From: an uncultured Desulfurococcales archaeon
Lineage (GTDB): Archaea > Thermoproteota > Thermoprotei_A > Sulfolobales > CAZCAU01
DNA length: 63,109 nt
Assembly: GCA_964496855.1 (NCBI GenBank)
Contig: CAZCAU010000004.1
Coordinates: 1-63,109 of the forward strand
Direction: 5' to 3'
Shown here: piece after piece, positions 8,989 through 17,971 of the stretch
How positions within the stretch are numbered: position 1 is the first letter of the stretch
Layout of the letters: each line of letters opens with the position of its first letter
The notes under the pieces: model-generated
Seen by the model: only the letters and a program-made list of their open reading frames with translations
Databases searched by the model: none
Told to the model about the DNA's origin: nothing
Translations under genes and position numbers: made by a program

Positions 8989-9360
8989 ATGAGTAGGAAT
9001 AATGAAGAGTTATGTCTATGCCCGCTCTACGGATTAATAGATGTTATAGCTAAGAAGTGGTCGTTATTAATAATAGGTGTGCTAGGAAATAAGGGAGAAA
9101 TGAGTTTCAACGAATTATACAGAGAACTAAAGGGTATAAGTCCAAAGACATTGTCAAAAACACTGAAAGAATTAGAAGGTCATGGACTAGTTACGAGGAG
9201 AGTTGATGACAGTAAGCCTCCTAGAGTAAAGTATTCACTTTCAGAAAAAGGATGGGGGCTCAGACTATTACTGATACCCTTGTTGAAATGGGTATCCAAG
9301 CATGGTGGGAGCAAAGCTGCTTGGTGCCCTATCAAGATAGGTCATCCAAAACAGGACTAG
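8989..9360 (+). CDS. HxlR family winged-helix transcriptional regulator
   Basis: 123 aa. CPLYGLIDVIAKKWSLLIIGVL...MSFNELYRELKGISPKTLSKTLKELEGHGLVTRR is the typical HxlR signature. Confidence 0.8.
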   Translation: MSRNNEELCLCPLYGLIDVIAKKWSLLIIGVLGNKGEMSFNELYRELKGISPKTLSKTLKELEGHGLVTRRVDDSKPPRVKYSLSEKGWGLRLLLIPLLKWVSKHGGSKAAWCPIKIGHPKQD

Positions 9361-9376
9361 AAGCTGTTTAAACTAT

Positions 9377-9740
9377 CTAGATCTCGATACTTAAGCCTCT
9401 TAGTCTTAGGACATTACCAGTAACAGGGATAGAGCTTAGCACCATAGCGATTCCTGCAAATTCCAATCTCAGCGTGATGCCGATAGAGCGAAACATTGTA
9501 AATGAATGCCCAGAACAGGTTAAACCTTATCTTATCTCTTATAATGTCGCGAAGCACTACTCTACTTGAGTCATACTTTACCTCGGCCTCGTTTGTTGCA
9601 AAGCTTACTTTAGCGTTAAGGATTCCCAGTAGTTTCCGTAAGTTCTTTTCTATGGTTACAGCACATGTTGCACAATGAATTCCCACAACTCTTAGCTTCT
9701 CTAACCTATACTTTTGTCCTGCATGTATCTTCTGCACCAT
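9377..9740 (-). pseudogene. Remnant of a CopA-type ATPase: HMA domain fused directly to the last transmembrane segment, plus a 3' frameshift
   Basis: The N-terminus LRVVGIHCATCAVTIEKNL...EAEVKYD is a CxxC heavy-metal-associated domain. At about nt 9536 it runs straight into IRFNLFWAFIYNV, the C-terminal TM motif of P1B ATPases. The expected tail AGIAMVLSSIPVTGNVLRLRG is in another frame, with its stop at 9377-9379. Confidence 0.7.
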
Positions 9741-9840
9741 AACTTATCTTCGAGTATAATGTTTTGTTTAGAGTTATTTGTTCTATCTCTGATTATTCTT
9801 AAACACATGTTAATAATATTTTTTAACCCCGTCTAAACTA

Positions 9841-10596
9841 GTGAATTACTGGGCATACCTTATGTTAAAAGTAAGAGATGTTAGTGTAGCAGTAGACAGT
9901 AATCTCGTTGTTAAAAACGTCTCGTTGACAGTAGGGCGTGAAGAGATTCACTTATTAATGGGTCCTAATGGTGCTGGTAAATCATCGCTACTTAAAGCAA
10001 TAATGGGTCTCTCACAATACAAAGTGGTTAACGGGAAGATATGCATTGATAGTAAGGAAATTACCAATATGGAGCCTTACGAGAGAGCACGATTAGGACT
10101 AGCTCTAGCTCATCAATCTCTTCCAAGGCTTAGGGTGAAGTCCAGATACTTATTGTCAAAAATGATTAGTCTCTACCGGAAAAACCATAGTAAAAACGAA
10201 GAGATAGTGAATGATCTAGCTAGAAAATTCGATGTTGAACATCTGCTAGACAGAGAGTTATATCACGGGTTTAGCGGTGGAGAAGCAAAGAGATTCGAGT
10301 TACTAACAGTGACTGTGCAACGACCTAAAGTATGTCTTCTCGATGAGCCAGATAGCGGTGTGGATGTAGATAGTGTTCGTAGACTGGCAAGCGTGATATC
10401 AGAATTGGCAGATAATGGTGCAGCAATCCTACTTGTTACTCATACAGGCTATATAACCAGGTTTCTTAGAAGAGTTGACAAACTCCATGTAATGATGAAC
10501 GGCGAGTTAGTGTATAGTGGAAGTCCTGACATACTCCCCAAACTTCTTGATAAAGGGTATAAGATAGTACTCCAAGAGGTAGATAGTATTGGTTGA
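9841..10596 (+). CDS. sufC: Fe-S cluster assembly ATPase SufC
   Basis: Walker A GPNGAGKSSL, signature FSGGEAKRFELL, Walker B LLDEPDSGVDVDS. The likely true start is the ATG at 9862 (MLKVRDVSV...). Confidence 0.85.
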   Translation: MNYWAYLMLKVRDVSVAVDSNLVVKNVSLTVGREEIHLLMGPNGAGKSSLLKAIMGLSQYKVVNGKICIDSKEITNMEPYERARLGLALAHQSLPRLRVKSRYLLSKMISLYRKNHSKNEEIVNDLARKFDVEHLLDRELYHGFSGGEAKRFELLTVTVQRPKVCLLDEPDSGVDVDSVRRLASVISELADNGAAILLVTHTGYITRFLRRVDKLHVMMNGELVYSGSPDILPKLLDKGYKIVLQEVDSIG

Positions 10597-11821
10597 GTGG
10601 AGAGAACGATTTAGAGGAATTGCTCGTCAAGCACTTAGTAAGAAAGCTACATATGGGCCAGATATAGATCTAAACGAGTACGATTGGGGCGACTCTTCTA
10701 GTATCTCTGATAAACCAATCTCGCTTCCAAGACAAGTTGTTGAGAGAGCTGAAGCTTTAGGAGTAGATGTGACGGGAAAATCTGGGAGTGGTGTTTATCT
10801 ACAACTAGATAGAAGCTTCTTATACTCCTATATAGCTAAGACACTGGAAAAATACGGGATAGAGATTCTGAGTATTGAAGATGCTTTGGAAGAGTATGAG
10901 TGGCTTCGAGACTACTATTGGAGAGCCGTACCTGTAGATCAAGACAAGTATACTGCTATGACGGAGCTTCAGGGCAGGCATGGCTACTTCATATATGTTC
11001 CACCAGAGGTACGAGTAAAAGAGCCTATACATGCATGCCTATTTATACATAGAGAAAGCATTGCACAAGCTGTCCACAATATTGTGGTAGTAGACAAAGA
11101 TGCTGAACTAAATCTTGTCACGGCATGCTCAGCGCTACCCGCCAAAGCTCTACATATAGGTGTCTCAGAATTCTACGTCAAGAAAGGGGCAAAGCTGTCT
11201 TTTACAATGGTGCACTTTTGGGGTCCAACGGTTCATGTAAGATCGCGTACAGGCGTGATAGTAGAAGATAGTGGTGTTTTCACCAACTATTATGTACACA
11301 TGGCTCCTGTCAAATCTTTGCAAGCATATCCTAGCGTGGTGCTACAAGGAGATGATTCTAGTGCTTATCTAGTCTCAATACTAATGGCAGCAGAAGAATC
11401 CCTGCTCGACGTTGGCGGTAGGATAATCTTTAAGGGAAGAAACACGCGCGGCGAAGTTATATCTAGATCCATAGTTAAAGGCAGGGCAACAACAATAATG
11501 AGAGGAGAACTCATAGCACAATCTAATGCTAGAGGACATATAGATTGCAAGAGCCTACTATTATCTCCAAAAGCCTCAAGCGAAGCAGTACCTGTGATTA
11601 GATCACTTACTGATTCCGCAGAGCTCACACACGAGGCTGCTATAGGTAAGATCTCGCAGGAAGAACTAGAGTATCTAATGACAAAAGGGTTCTCAGAAGA
11701 CGAGGCAACATCACTAATAGTGCGAGGCTTTCTAGAAGCTGGTATAGAGAAGCTACCTCAGAAACTACAGAGTTATATGAATAAAGTACTAGATATTGTT
11801 GCTAAGCATGCTAAAGGCTGA
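10589..11821 (+). CDS. Fe-S cluster assembly protein, SufB/SufD family
   Basis: 410 aa. Its TTG start overlaps the sufC stop. The C-terminal beta-helix region is typical of SufB/D (GRNTRGEVISRSIVKG...GELIAQSNARGHIDCKSLLLS...LTHEAAIGKISQEELEYLMTKGFSEDEA). Confidence 0.8.
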   Translation: MVEWRERFRGIARQALSKKATYGPDIDLNEYDWGDSSSISDKPISLPRQVVERAEALGVDVTGKSGSGVYLQLDRSFLYSYIAKTLEKYGIEILSIEDALEEYEWLRDYYWRAVPVDQDKYTAMTELQGRHGYFIYVPPEVRVKEPIHACLFIHRESIAQAVHNIVVVDKDAELNLVTACSALPAKALHIGVSEFYVKKGAKLSFTMVHFWGPTVHVRSRTGVIVEDSGVFTNYYVHMAPVKSLQAYPSVVLQGDDSSAYLVSILMAAEESLLDVGGRIIFKGRNTRGEVISRSIVKGRATTIMRGELIAQSNARGHIDCKSLLLSPKASSEAVPVIRSLTDSAELTHEAAIGKISQEELEYLMTKGFSEDEATSLIVRGFLEAGIEKLPQKLQSYMNKVLDIVAKHAKG

Positions 11822-11897
11822 TACGGGCACAGGACCTCTCCAACTAGTCTAACCTACTTTTGTTCTAACCTAATAGTTTTATTAGGAGGAGCAAAGA

Positions 11898-12662
11898 GTG
11901 CTAGTAGTATTAGTACTAGGCCCGGCTGGTTCCGGTAAAACATTGCTTACGTATCGACTCTCTGATTGGATTAGGAAAAATATTGGATTAGAGACTTGTA
12001 TTATAAACTTTGATCCGGGTGTTGAAGAACTCCCTTACAAGCCAGATTATGATGTGAGGAGAATATTCACGCTTAGAGATATAATGATTAAAGAAGGGCT
12101 AGGACCAAATGGTGCTATGATTAGATCGGTAGAGCTTCTCACACACTACTCGGAGGACATTATAAGGGGGATTGTAAAGCAGTGTAGAAGAGCTGATATA
12201 GCCATAATTGATACTCCAGGGCAGAGCGAGGCTTTTATCTTTAGACAAGCAGGCTACCTGGTTACTGAGAAGCTTAAAGTATTAGGGCCTGTAGTAGCAG
12301 TTTACCTACTTGATCCACAGCATACCAGCATTACTCTAGAGGCACTAGCTGCATTGCTTATGAGCTTGGTAGTACAGTTAAAACTTGACGTCACGGTACT
12401 ACCAGTACTTAATAAATCTGATCTTCTTAGAGACACTAGTATCAAACCCTCTATACATCTAGATCTAGAAGAGATAAGAAAGAGGGTTGATCACGAAGAG
12501 ACTGGTGTTTTGAGGGATCTCGCAAGGGATCTCCTGCCAGTACTGGAGGCTTACCTGCCGTCAACGAGGCTTGTCAGGGTATCAGCTAAGACTGGGCATG
12601 GAATAGATGAACTTTACTCGCTGATCCACGAAGCTTTCTGCGTGTGTGGTGATCTCACCTAG
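11898..12662 (+). CDS. GPN-loop GTPase
   Basis: 254 aa. P-loop GPAGSGKT, the diagnostic GPNGAM motif, DTPGQSE and NKSD. Confidence 0.85.
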   Translation: MLVVLVLGPAGSGKTLLTYRLSDWIRKNIGLETCIINFDPGVEELPYKPDYDVRRIFTLRDIMIKEGLGPNGAMIRSVELLTHYSEDIIRGIVKQCRRADIAIIDTPGQSEAFIFRQAGYLVTEKLKVLGPVVAVYLLDPQHTSITLEALAALLMSLVVQLKLDVTVLPVLNKSDLLRDTSIKPSIHLDLEEIRKRVDHEETGVLRDLARDLLPVLEAYLPSTRLVRVSAKTGHGIDELYSLIHEAFCVCGDLT

Positions 12663-13500
12663 CAGGCATATTTAGAGATCGTCTTATCATTTCATCGATT
12701 CTTCGTCCAAGCTCGTGTCCTCTCCTAGAAGACGTCTCTACTATCTCCATTAATGCTGATTTTACTCCCCTAGCTTCTAGTATTTTCAATCCATATATTG
12801 TCGTACCAGCAGGCGTGGTTACTTCGTCTCTGAGTATCGCTGGGTGCTGGTTGTTCCTTAGTAATAGCTCTGCAGTAGCTCTCATAGTGTCTAACACTGC
12901 TTTGTAAGCAATATCTCTAGGTAAACCCGTAGAGACTGCGCCTAACACTAGTCCATCAATGATCTCAGCCAAGTAAGCAGGAGCACTTCCTACCAGGCCT
13001 GTCCATGTATCAATCCATTCCTCTGGTATCCAGTATACCGTGCCCATACATCTAAATAATGCTTCAACAGTCATTTTTGACTCTTCGCTGTAGTCTCCTA
13101 GTGAAATAGCTGTGGTGCTTTTACCTATTAGGGCATTAATATTAGGCATGGCTCTAAACACTATGGCTTTTCTAAGATATCCAGCAATAGTGTCTCGGCG
13201 TACACCAGCTGCTATAGAGACAACTATTTTACCGTCTATAACATCTGACATCTCTTTAATAACTATGGGTAAGTGATGAGGCTTTACGCTCAAAATTATT
13301 ATATCAGCAAGCATCGCAGCTCTCTTGTTATCTTTAAGCGCGGTGGCCCCTAGTTTTTCTGCGTGGAGAAGAGTCTCTTTTCTCCGTCCTGTTGCGATTA
13401 TCTCTTTAGCATAATCCAGAAGAGCTCTAATTATGGCCGAGCCTATCTTACCAGCACCGATTACGGCAATAGTCTTATCTCCTAGAATCGTGTGGAAGAT
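12655..13500 (-). CDS. proC: Pyrroline-5-carboxylate reductase; the Rossmann N-terminus is in frame but has no canonical start codon
   Basis: The tracked ORF (12655-13314) begins after the dinucleotide fold. The same frame stays open up to 13500 and encodes IFHTILGDKTIAVIGAGKIGSAIIRALL... (GxGxxG). A TGA lies at 13501-13503, and there is no ATG/GTG/TTG between 13315 and 13500. Confidence 0.7.
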   Translation of the reverse strand: MFHTILGDKTIAVIGAGKIGSAIIRALLDYAKEIIATGRRKETLLHAEKLGATALKDNKRAAMLADIIILSVKPHHLPIVIKEMSDVIDGKIVVSIAAGVRRDTIAGYLRKAIVFRAMPNINALIGKSTTAISLGDYSEESKMTVEALFRCMGTVYWIPEEWIDTWTGLVGSAPAYLAEIIDGLVLGAVSTGLPRDIAYKAVLDTMRATAELLLRNNQHPAILRDEVTTPAGTTIYGLKILEARGVKSALMEIVETSSRRGHELGRRIDEMIRRSLNMPAR

Positions 13501-13556
13501 TCACACCAGTACACCGGAGACAAGCATATATCCATAGTTAAATAAAAAGCTTGTTC

Positions 13557-14903
13557 TCACCCTTTTCCTAGTACTATGAATTTATCATACCCTATATCGT
13601 TTTCAAGATACGCTACAGTATCTACTATTAATGGCCTAGTGCCAGCTACTTCTAGTAGTCTGCTTACCTTCATCCCTTTATACATGCTGTGACGGGTGAG
13701 GACTATTATTATGTCGGAGTTTCTCACGACTCTCTCGAGGTCTTGAATCACGTCTACTCCGAGATCCTCTAATATTCTGTCATACTTTACATACGGATCA
13801 TGCGCGATTATCCTTCTGTATCCACGAGCCATTAATAAACCGATCACATCGCGGGAAGGAGATAACCTTGTATCATCTATATCTCCGCGGAACGCTACAC
13901 CTAGAATAGCTACACGCATCTCTCTAGGGCTCTTAGTCTTGTCTCGGTATTTCTCAACTAGTTTAACCACTATGTTTGGCATATACTCGTTTATCTTTCT
14001 AGCTAATCTTATCATCTCAGCTACGAAGCCGTGCTTTAGCAACGTGTTTGATAAGAAATATGGATAAATAGGGATACAAGCACCGCCTACCCCCGGTCCA
14101 GGCAGGTGGAGGTTACAGTAGGGCTGGGTGTTAGCTGCCTCGCGTATTTCGTAATAGTCTATTCCTAGAGTCATTGCGGCTAATGCTAACTCGTTTGCTA
14201 AAGCTATATTAACATCCCTGTAGACTCCCTCAGCTAGCTTCTCGAACTCGGCGGCTGCTGCCGACTTCATTGTCACAACTCCTTTCGCAACAATTCTCTT
14301 GTAGAACTCGGCGGCTTGCTTAAGGCTTCGCGGACCTATACCGCCTATAATCTTAGGATAACGCTTTTCTATATCCTCTACCGCCCTACCTATGTAGACT
14401 CTCTCAGGGCTATAAGCTAGGTAAAAGTCCTCATCAGCCTTAAGACCACTAATATCTTCAAGGATCGGTTTCGCTATAGACTCCGTCGTCCCAGGTGGTA
14501 CGCTCGACTCTATTATTACAAGATCGCCTTTCTTAAGACCCTTCCCTATGGTCTCAACGGCTTTTTTAAATGCTGTGTAAACTGGTGTGCGTGTCTCCCA
14601 GTCGACGTATACAGGCACAGTAACTACTTTTACTACAGAGGTCTTCGAGGCTTCTACGCCATCAGTTGTGGCATGCATTCTTTTCTCGCTTAACCCCTTC
14701 TTAATAGCTTCTAATACTTTCGCTTCAGGATACTTTAACTCACCAGCATTCACTGCCTCTACTTTCGAAGAGTCTATATCAACGCCTATGACTTTGAGAC
14801 CTTTTCTTAGGTAAACAGCTATAAGTGGAAGACCAACATATCCTAGTCCATAAACAGCTACTGGTTCTAGGTTTTTAAAGACCCTGTCCACAGGACTTTG
14901 CAT
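13557..14903 (-). CDS. Nucleotide-sugar dehydrogenase (UDP-glucose/GDP-mannose/UDP-ManNAc dehydrogenase family)
   Basis: N-terminal VAVYGLGYVGLPLIAV Rossmann fold and a catalytic-Cys region GPGVGGACIP. I prefer the ATG at 14901-14903 (MQSPVDR...), preceded by GAGGT 8 nt upstream, over the ORF-track start at 15002. Confidence 0.8.
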   Translation of the reverse strand: MQSPVDRVFKNLEPVAVYGLGYVGLPLIAVYLRKGLKVIGVDIDSSKVEAVNAGELKYPEAKVLEAIKKGLSEKRMHATTDGVEASKTSVVKVVTVPVYVDWETRTPVYTAFKKAVETIGKGLKKGDLVIIESSVPPGTTESIAKPILEDISGLKADEDFYLAYSPERVYIGRAVEDIEKRYPKIIGGIGPRSLKQAAEFYKRIVAKGVVTMKSAAAAEFEKLAEGVYRDVNIALANELALAAMTLGIDYYEIREAANTQPYCNLHLPGPGVGGACIPIYPYFLSNTLLKHGFVAEMIRLARKINEYMPNIVVKLVEKYRDKTKSPREMRVAILGVAFRGDIDDTRLSPSRDVIGLLMARGYRRIIAHDPYVKYDRILEDLGVDVIQDLERVVRNSDIIIVLTRHSMYKGMKVSRLLEVAGTRPLIVDTVAYLENDIGYDKFIVLGKG

Positions 14904-15136
14904 AATCAGACCTCTAGAAGCTCTTAGAGAGACTACGAGATATGATAAAATAAAGTTTTTTACAAAGTACGTGGAGAGACGAGTATTCATGTTTATAAGC
15001 AATTTTATTCTTAAGAACTCTTGAGAGCCGATGAAGAGTTACTCCCGGCTTGACCTGTGATGAAAACTTACCCTGCGGAGGTTTTAGTAGATAATATTTT
15101 ATCGTTTCTGCTTATTACTTCCCACTACTAGTACTA

Positions 15137-16513
15137 TTAAGATCGAGTTTTACGTACAATAAGTCTAGGTCCCTCTTTACGTAAAACTAGTACCTTCTCA
15201 CCTGGCTTTATATGATCACTGCTCGTGGCAAGCCAGTACTCTCCATCAACTACGACAAAGCCCTGGCTGCCTGGTTTTATCTCGTCTAGAGCACGCCCAA
15301 CCTTGCCTTCAAGACCCCATATTAGTGGTTTCTGCCTCTTAGCTTTAACAACCTTGTAGATTAAGATGCCGAAGAATCCGCCCAGTACTAGTCCTATACC
15401 GTAAGCAGCGTATAAGAATGTCATTGCATACTCTTTCGTTATACTAAAACCACCACTTACGGGTAGCATAGCTATTCCTAGTGCAAGCATTATTATGCCT
15501 GAGACGCCTATGACACCAAAGCCTGGAGTGACAAGCTCTATTACTATAAGTGTTATTCCACCTACTAGTAGTCCAGCAACTGTAAAGTTTATACTAAACC
15601 CGCTTCCTATGAGACCTAGGAGGAGAAGCAATACCCCTATCGGTAAGACGTAGAAGTGGCCACTTATGATACTAAATAATACTATCAGCATTCCTAGACT
15701 CATAAATAAGCTACTAATAAGAGGATCTGAGAGAGTGTGTGCTATCATTATCCGTGGGGTGGGTTTTAGCTCTTCGTAGCTTCCATCACTTACTATCCTG
15801 ACGGTTATCTCTTGTAGTGGAAGATATACAGTCATGTTGTTTATCTTCCTTAGTAGCTCAGCACGGTTTTTCGCTACTATATCTATAACACCAGCATCAA
15901 GAGCCTCGTAAGCTCCGAGATTCAGATTCTGAGTAACAAACTTGTAGATAATAGTAATATTCCTGCCCTTATTGCCAGCATGCTCTGATAAGAACTCTAG
16001 TATCGGATTTATGATTTTTGACTCATTAACAGGTCTATAAGTACCTTCGGCAGGATTATACTCTATTGGCTGCATAGAACCTATTACAGTACCAGGCTGC
16101 ATAGCTGCTACGTGGCTACATACTAGTATCATAGTACCAGCGCTTTCAGCCCATTTCTCCACGACATACGATATTACAGGTATACTCGCCTTGTCTATCT
16201 CTACGACGATATTCATTGCTGCATCAAGATACCCTCCCGGGGTATTTAGCTCTATTATCAATGGCACGTTCTTCTTCTCCGCCTCTGCTATTCCCAGCTT
16301 TACGTAATCAAGCATAGCCTCATCTATCACGCCTTCAATTCTGATAAAGATGGCCGAGGGACCCACAGTCTTGACTATGTCACGCGAATTAGATACTGTA
16401 CTAGAATATTCCCCGGAGTGTTCAGAAGCTATTGTGACAAAAGAGGAGGTTAACACTATTGATAAAACTAGCAGTGCTACTAGTACCATGTTTCTGAAAT
16501 GATTTTCTCCCAC
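15137..16513 (-). CDS. NfeD-type membrane-bound ClpP-class serine protease (stomatin-specific protease type)
   Basis: 458 aa: signal/anchor, ClpP-like domain, multi-TM block and a C-terminal OB-like NfeD domain (GEKVLVLRKEGPRLIV). It lies directly downstream of a stomatin gene. Confidence 0.8.
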   Translation of the reverse strand: MGENHFRNMVLVALLVLSIVLTSSFVTIASEHSGEYSSTVSNSRDIVKTVGPSAIFIRIEGVIDEAMLDYVKLGIAEAEKKNVPLIIELNTPGGYLDAAMNIVVEIDKASIPVISYVVEKWAESAGTMILVCSHVAAMQPGTVIGSMQPIEYNPAEGTYRPVNESKIINPILEFLSEHAGNKGRNITIIYKFVTQNLNLGAYEALDAGVIDIVAKNRAELLRKINNMTVYLPLQEITVRIVSDGSYEELKPTPRIMIAHTLSDPLISSLFMSLGMLIVLFSIISGHFYVLPIGVLLLLLGLIGSGFSINFTVAGLLVGGITLIVIELVTPGFGVIGVSGIIMLALGIAMLPVSGGFSITKEYAMTFLYAAYGIGLVLGGFFGILIYKVVKAKRQKPLIWGLEGKVGRALDEIKPGSQGFVVVDGEYWLATSSDHIKPGEKVLVLRKEGPRLIVRKTRS

Positions 16514-16594
16514 TTCTACTACCCAATCTAAGATTAACTTAGCTTGGACGTCTCTGATTCTAGTAGAAAAATAGTTTAGATAAAGTATATTAGT

Positions 16595-17383
16595 TTAGCC
16601 TTTACTTCGCTCATACTCTTTAAAAGCAGCTGTTAATGCGGCTATCTCTCCTTCCTTACCGTACTGTGGTGTTATTACTATGAGGTTCTTCTCCCTAGCT
16701 ATCTCTACTAGTGTCTGTAATTCTCTGAGCCTGAGTGCCGTTGGATGCTTCTCATAGTACTCGGCAGCCTTAGCCATTATCTCGGCTGCTTGTTTCTCAC
16801 CCTCAGCTTCTATGATTCTTGCTCTTCTCCACCTCTCAGCCTCTGCTTGTTTAGCCATAGCTCTAAGCATTGTCTCTGGGAGCTTTACCTCCTTTATGGT
16901 AACAGCTGTAACCTTTATACCCCAAGGATCTGTTAGCTCATCTAGTATTTTCTGTAACCTCTTGTTCAGTTCGTCTCTTCTCACAAGCAAGTCGTCTAGT
17001 TCTACCTGTCCTATTATGTCTCTCAGCGTTGTCTGGCCTAGCATCATTACTGCATAATGATAATTCTCTACAGCAACAATAGCCTTGATGGGATCAAACA
17101 CCTTGTAATAAATTACTGCGTCAACACCGACTGTAACGTTATCCTTAGTTATTATCCGTTGCTCGGGGACATCAACAGCAACTATTCTAAGATCTACTCG
17201 TACAAATGTGTCGGCAAAAGGTATTATAATGAATAGTCCTGGGCCTTTCGCACCTATTAGTCTACCTAGTCTGAAGATTACCGCACGCTCGTATTCTCTG
17301 ACTATTTTTATCGCAGACGCAAGTAACCCGAGAGCTATTATTATTATCGTCAAAAGTATTATTTGAGATGGTTCTAAAATCAT
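16595..17383 (-). CDS. SPFH/band-7 stomatin family protein
   Basis: 262 aa: N-terminal TM, then IVREYERAVIFRLGRL...TKDNV...RDELN... and a coiled-coil EAE-rich tail. This is the classic stomatin-NfeD operon. Confidence 0.85.
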   Translation of the reverse strand: MILEPSQIILLTIIIIALGLLASAIKIVREYERAVIFRLGRLIGAKGPGLFIIIPFADTFVRVDLRIVAVDVPEQRIITKDNVTVGVDAVIYYKVFDPIKAIVAVENYHYAVMMLGQTTLRDIIGQVELDDLLVRRDELNKRLQKILDELTDPWGIKVTAVTIKEVKLPETMLRAMAKQAEAERWRRARIIEAEGEKQAAEIMAKAAEYYEKHPTALRLRELQTLVEIAREKNLIVITPQYGKEGEIAALTAAFKEYERSKG

Positions 17384-17452
17384 CTTACACGGACACCCAT
17401 CCTATTAGAGTCTCTTAATCTTACTAACTACATCTACAATACTAAATTAATA

Positions 17453-17962
17453 ATGCTTCCCCTAACGAATTCACAAGGGTACAGGGTATACATATTGAGT
17501 AGAGAAAGGGAGAACATCAGGAGAAGAGGATTTAGTTACGAGCGTGCACTAGTTAAGAAGTTATGGAAACACGGGTTTGCAGCTATAAGGGGTCCTGCTA
17601 GTGGGGCAAAAGCTAGGGAAATCGTACAACCAGACGTTGTTGCTATGAAGAATGGTGTAATCCTTGTATTTGAGGTAAAAAGCGTGAAAAAGAGCTATGC
17701 TAAATTATACATAAATAAGTCGCAGGTAGAGAGACTGAAAGAATTTGCGTCAAGAGCCTCCAGCTATGCATTTATAGCTATAAAGATCAGAGAAACCAAA
17801 GATTGGATCTTCATACCTCTCGATAAACTGGAGTGTACCGATAAGGGTAATTACAAAGTGGATTTAACAACCACGCCTTATCTCAACTTTAATAGTATTG
17901 TAAGACTTGCTGATAAAGAGACTATTAGATTAGATGCCTTTCTTAAGAAGCGATCTGGGTAG
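17453..17962 (+). CDS. hjc: Holliday junction resolvase Hjc
   Basis: GFSYERALVKKLWKHGFAAIRGPASGAK...PDVVAMKNGVILVFEVKS is the Hjc nuclease core (E..PD..EVK). The real start may be internal, for example the TTG at 17495. Confidence 0.8.
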   Translation: MLPLTNSQGYRVYILSRERENIRRRGFSYERALVKKLWKHGFAAIRGPASGAKAREIVQPDVVAMKNGVILVFEVKSVKKSYAKLYINKSQVERLKEFASRASSYAFIAIKIRETKDWIFIPLDKLECTDKGNYKVDLTTTPYLNFNSIVRLADKETIRLDAFLKKRSG

Positions 17963-17971
17963 ATAAGCTAC

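Noticed and set aside
13557-15002. ORF-track start at 15002 for the nucleotide-sugar dehydrogenase
   Set aside because: The extra 33 residues (MLINMNTRLSTYFVKNFILSYLVVSLRASRGLI) precede the Rossmann fold and lack an SD-like element. The ATG at 14903 has GAGGT 8 nt upstream, so I prefer the shorter model.
15026-15082. Possible C/D-box sRNA on the plus strand (ccGATGA ... cTTGA ... GTGATGA-12 nt-CGGA)
   Set aside because: Only the internal GTGATGA is canonical. Neither putative D box is CUGA, the first box lacks the RU prefix, the first spacer is 15 nt, and no terminal stem is evident. The region is more simply the 5' UTR/promoter of the sugar dehydrogenase gene.
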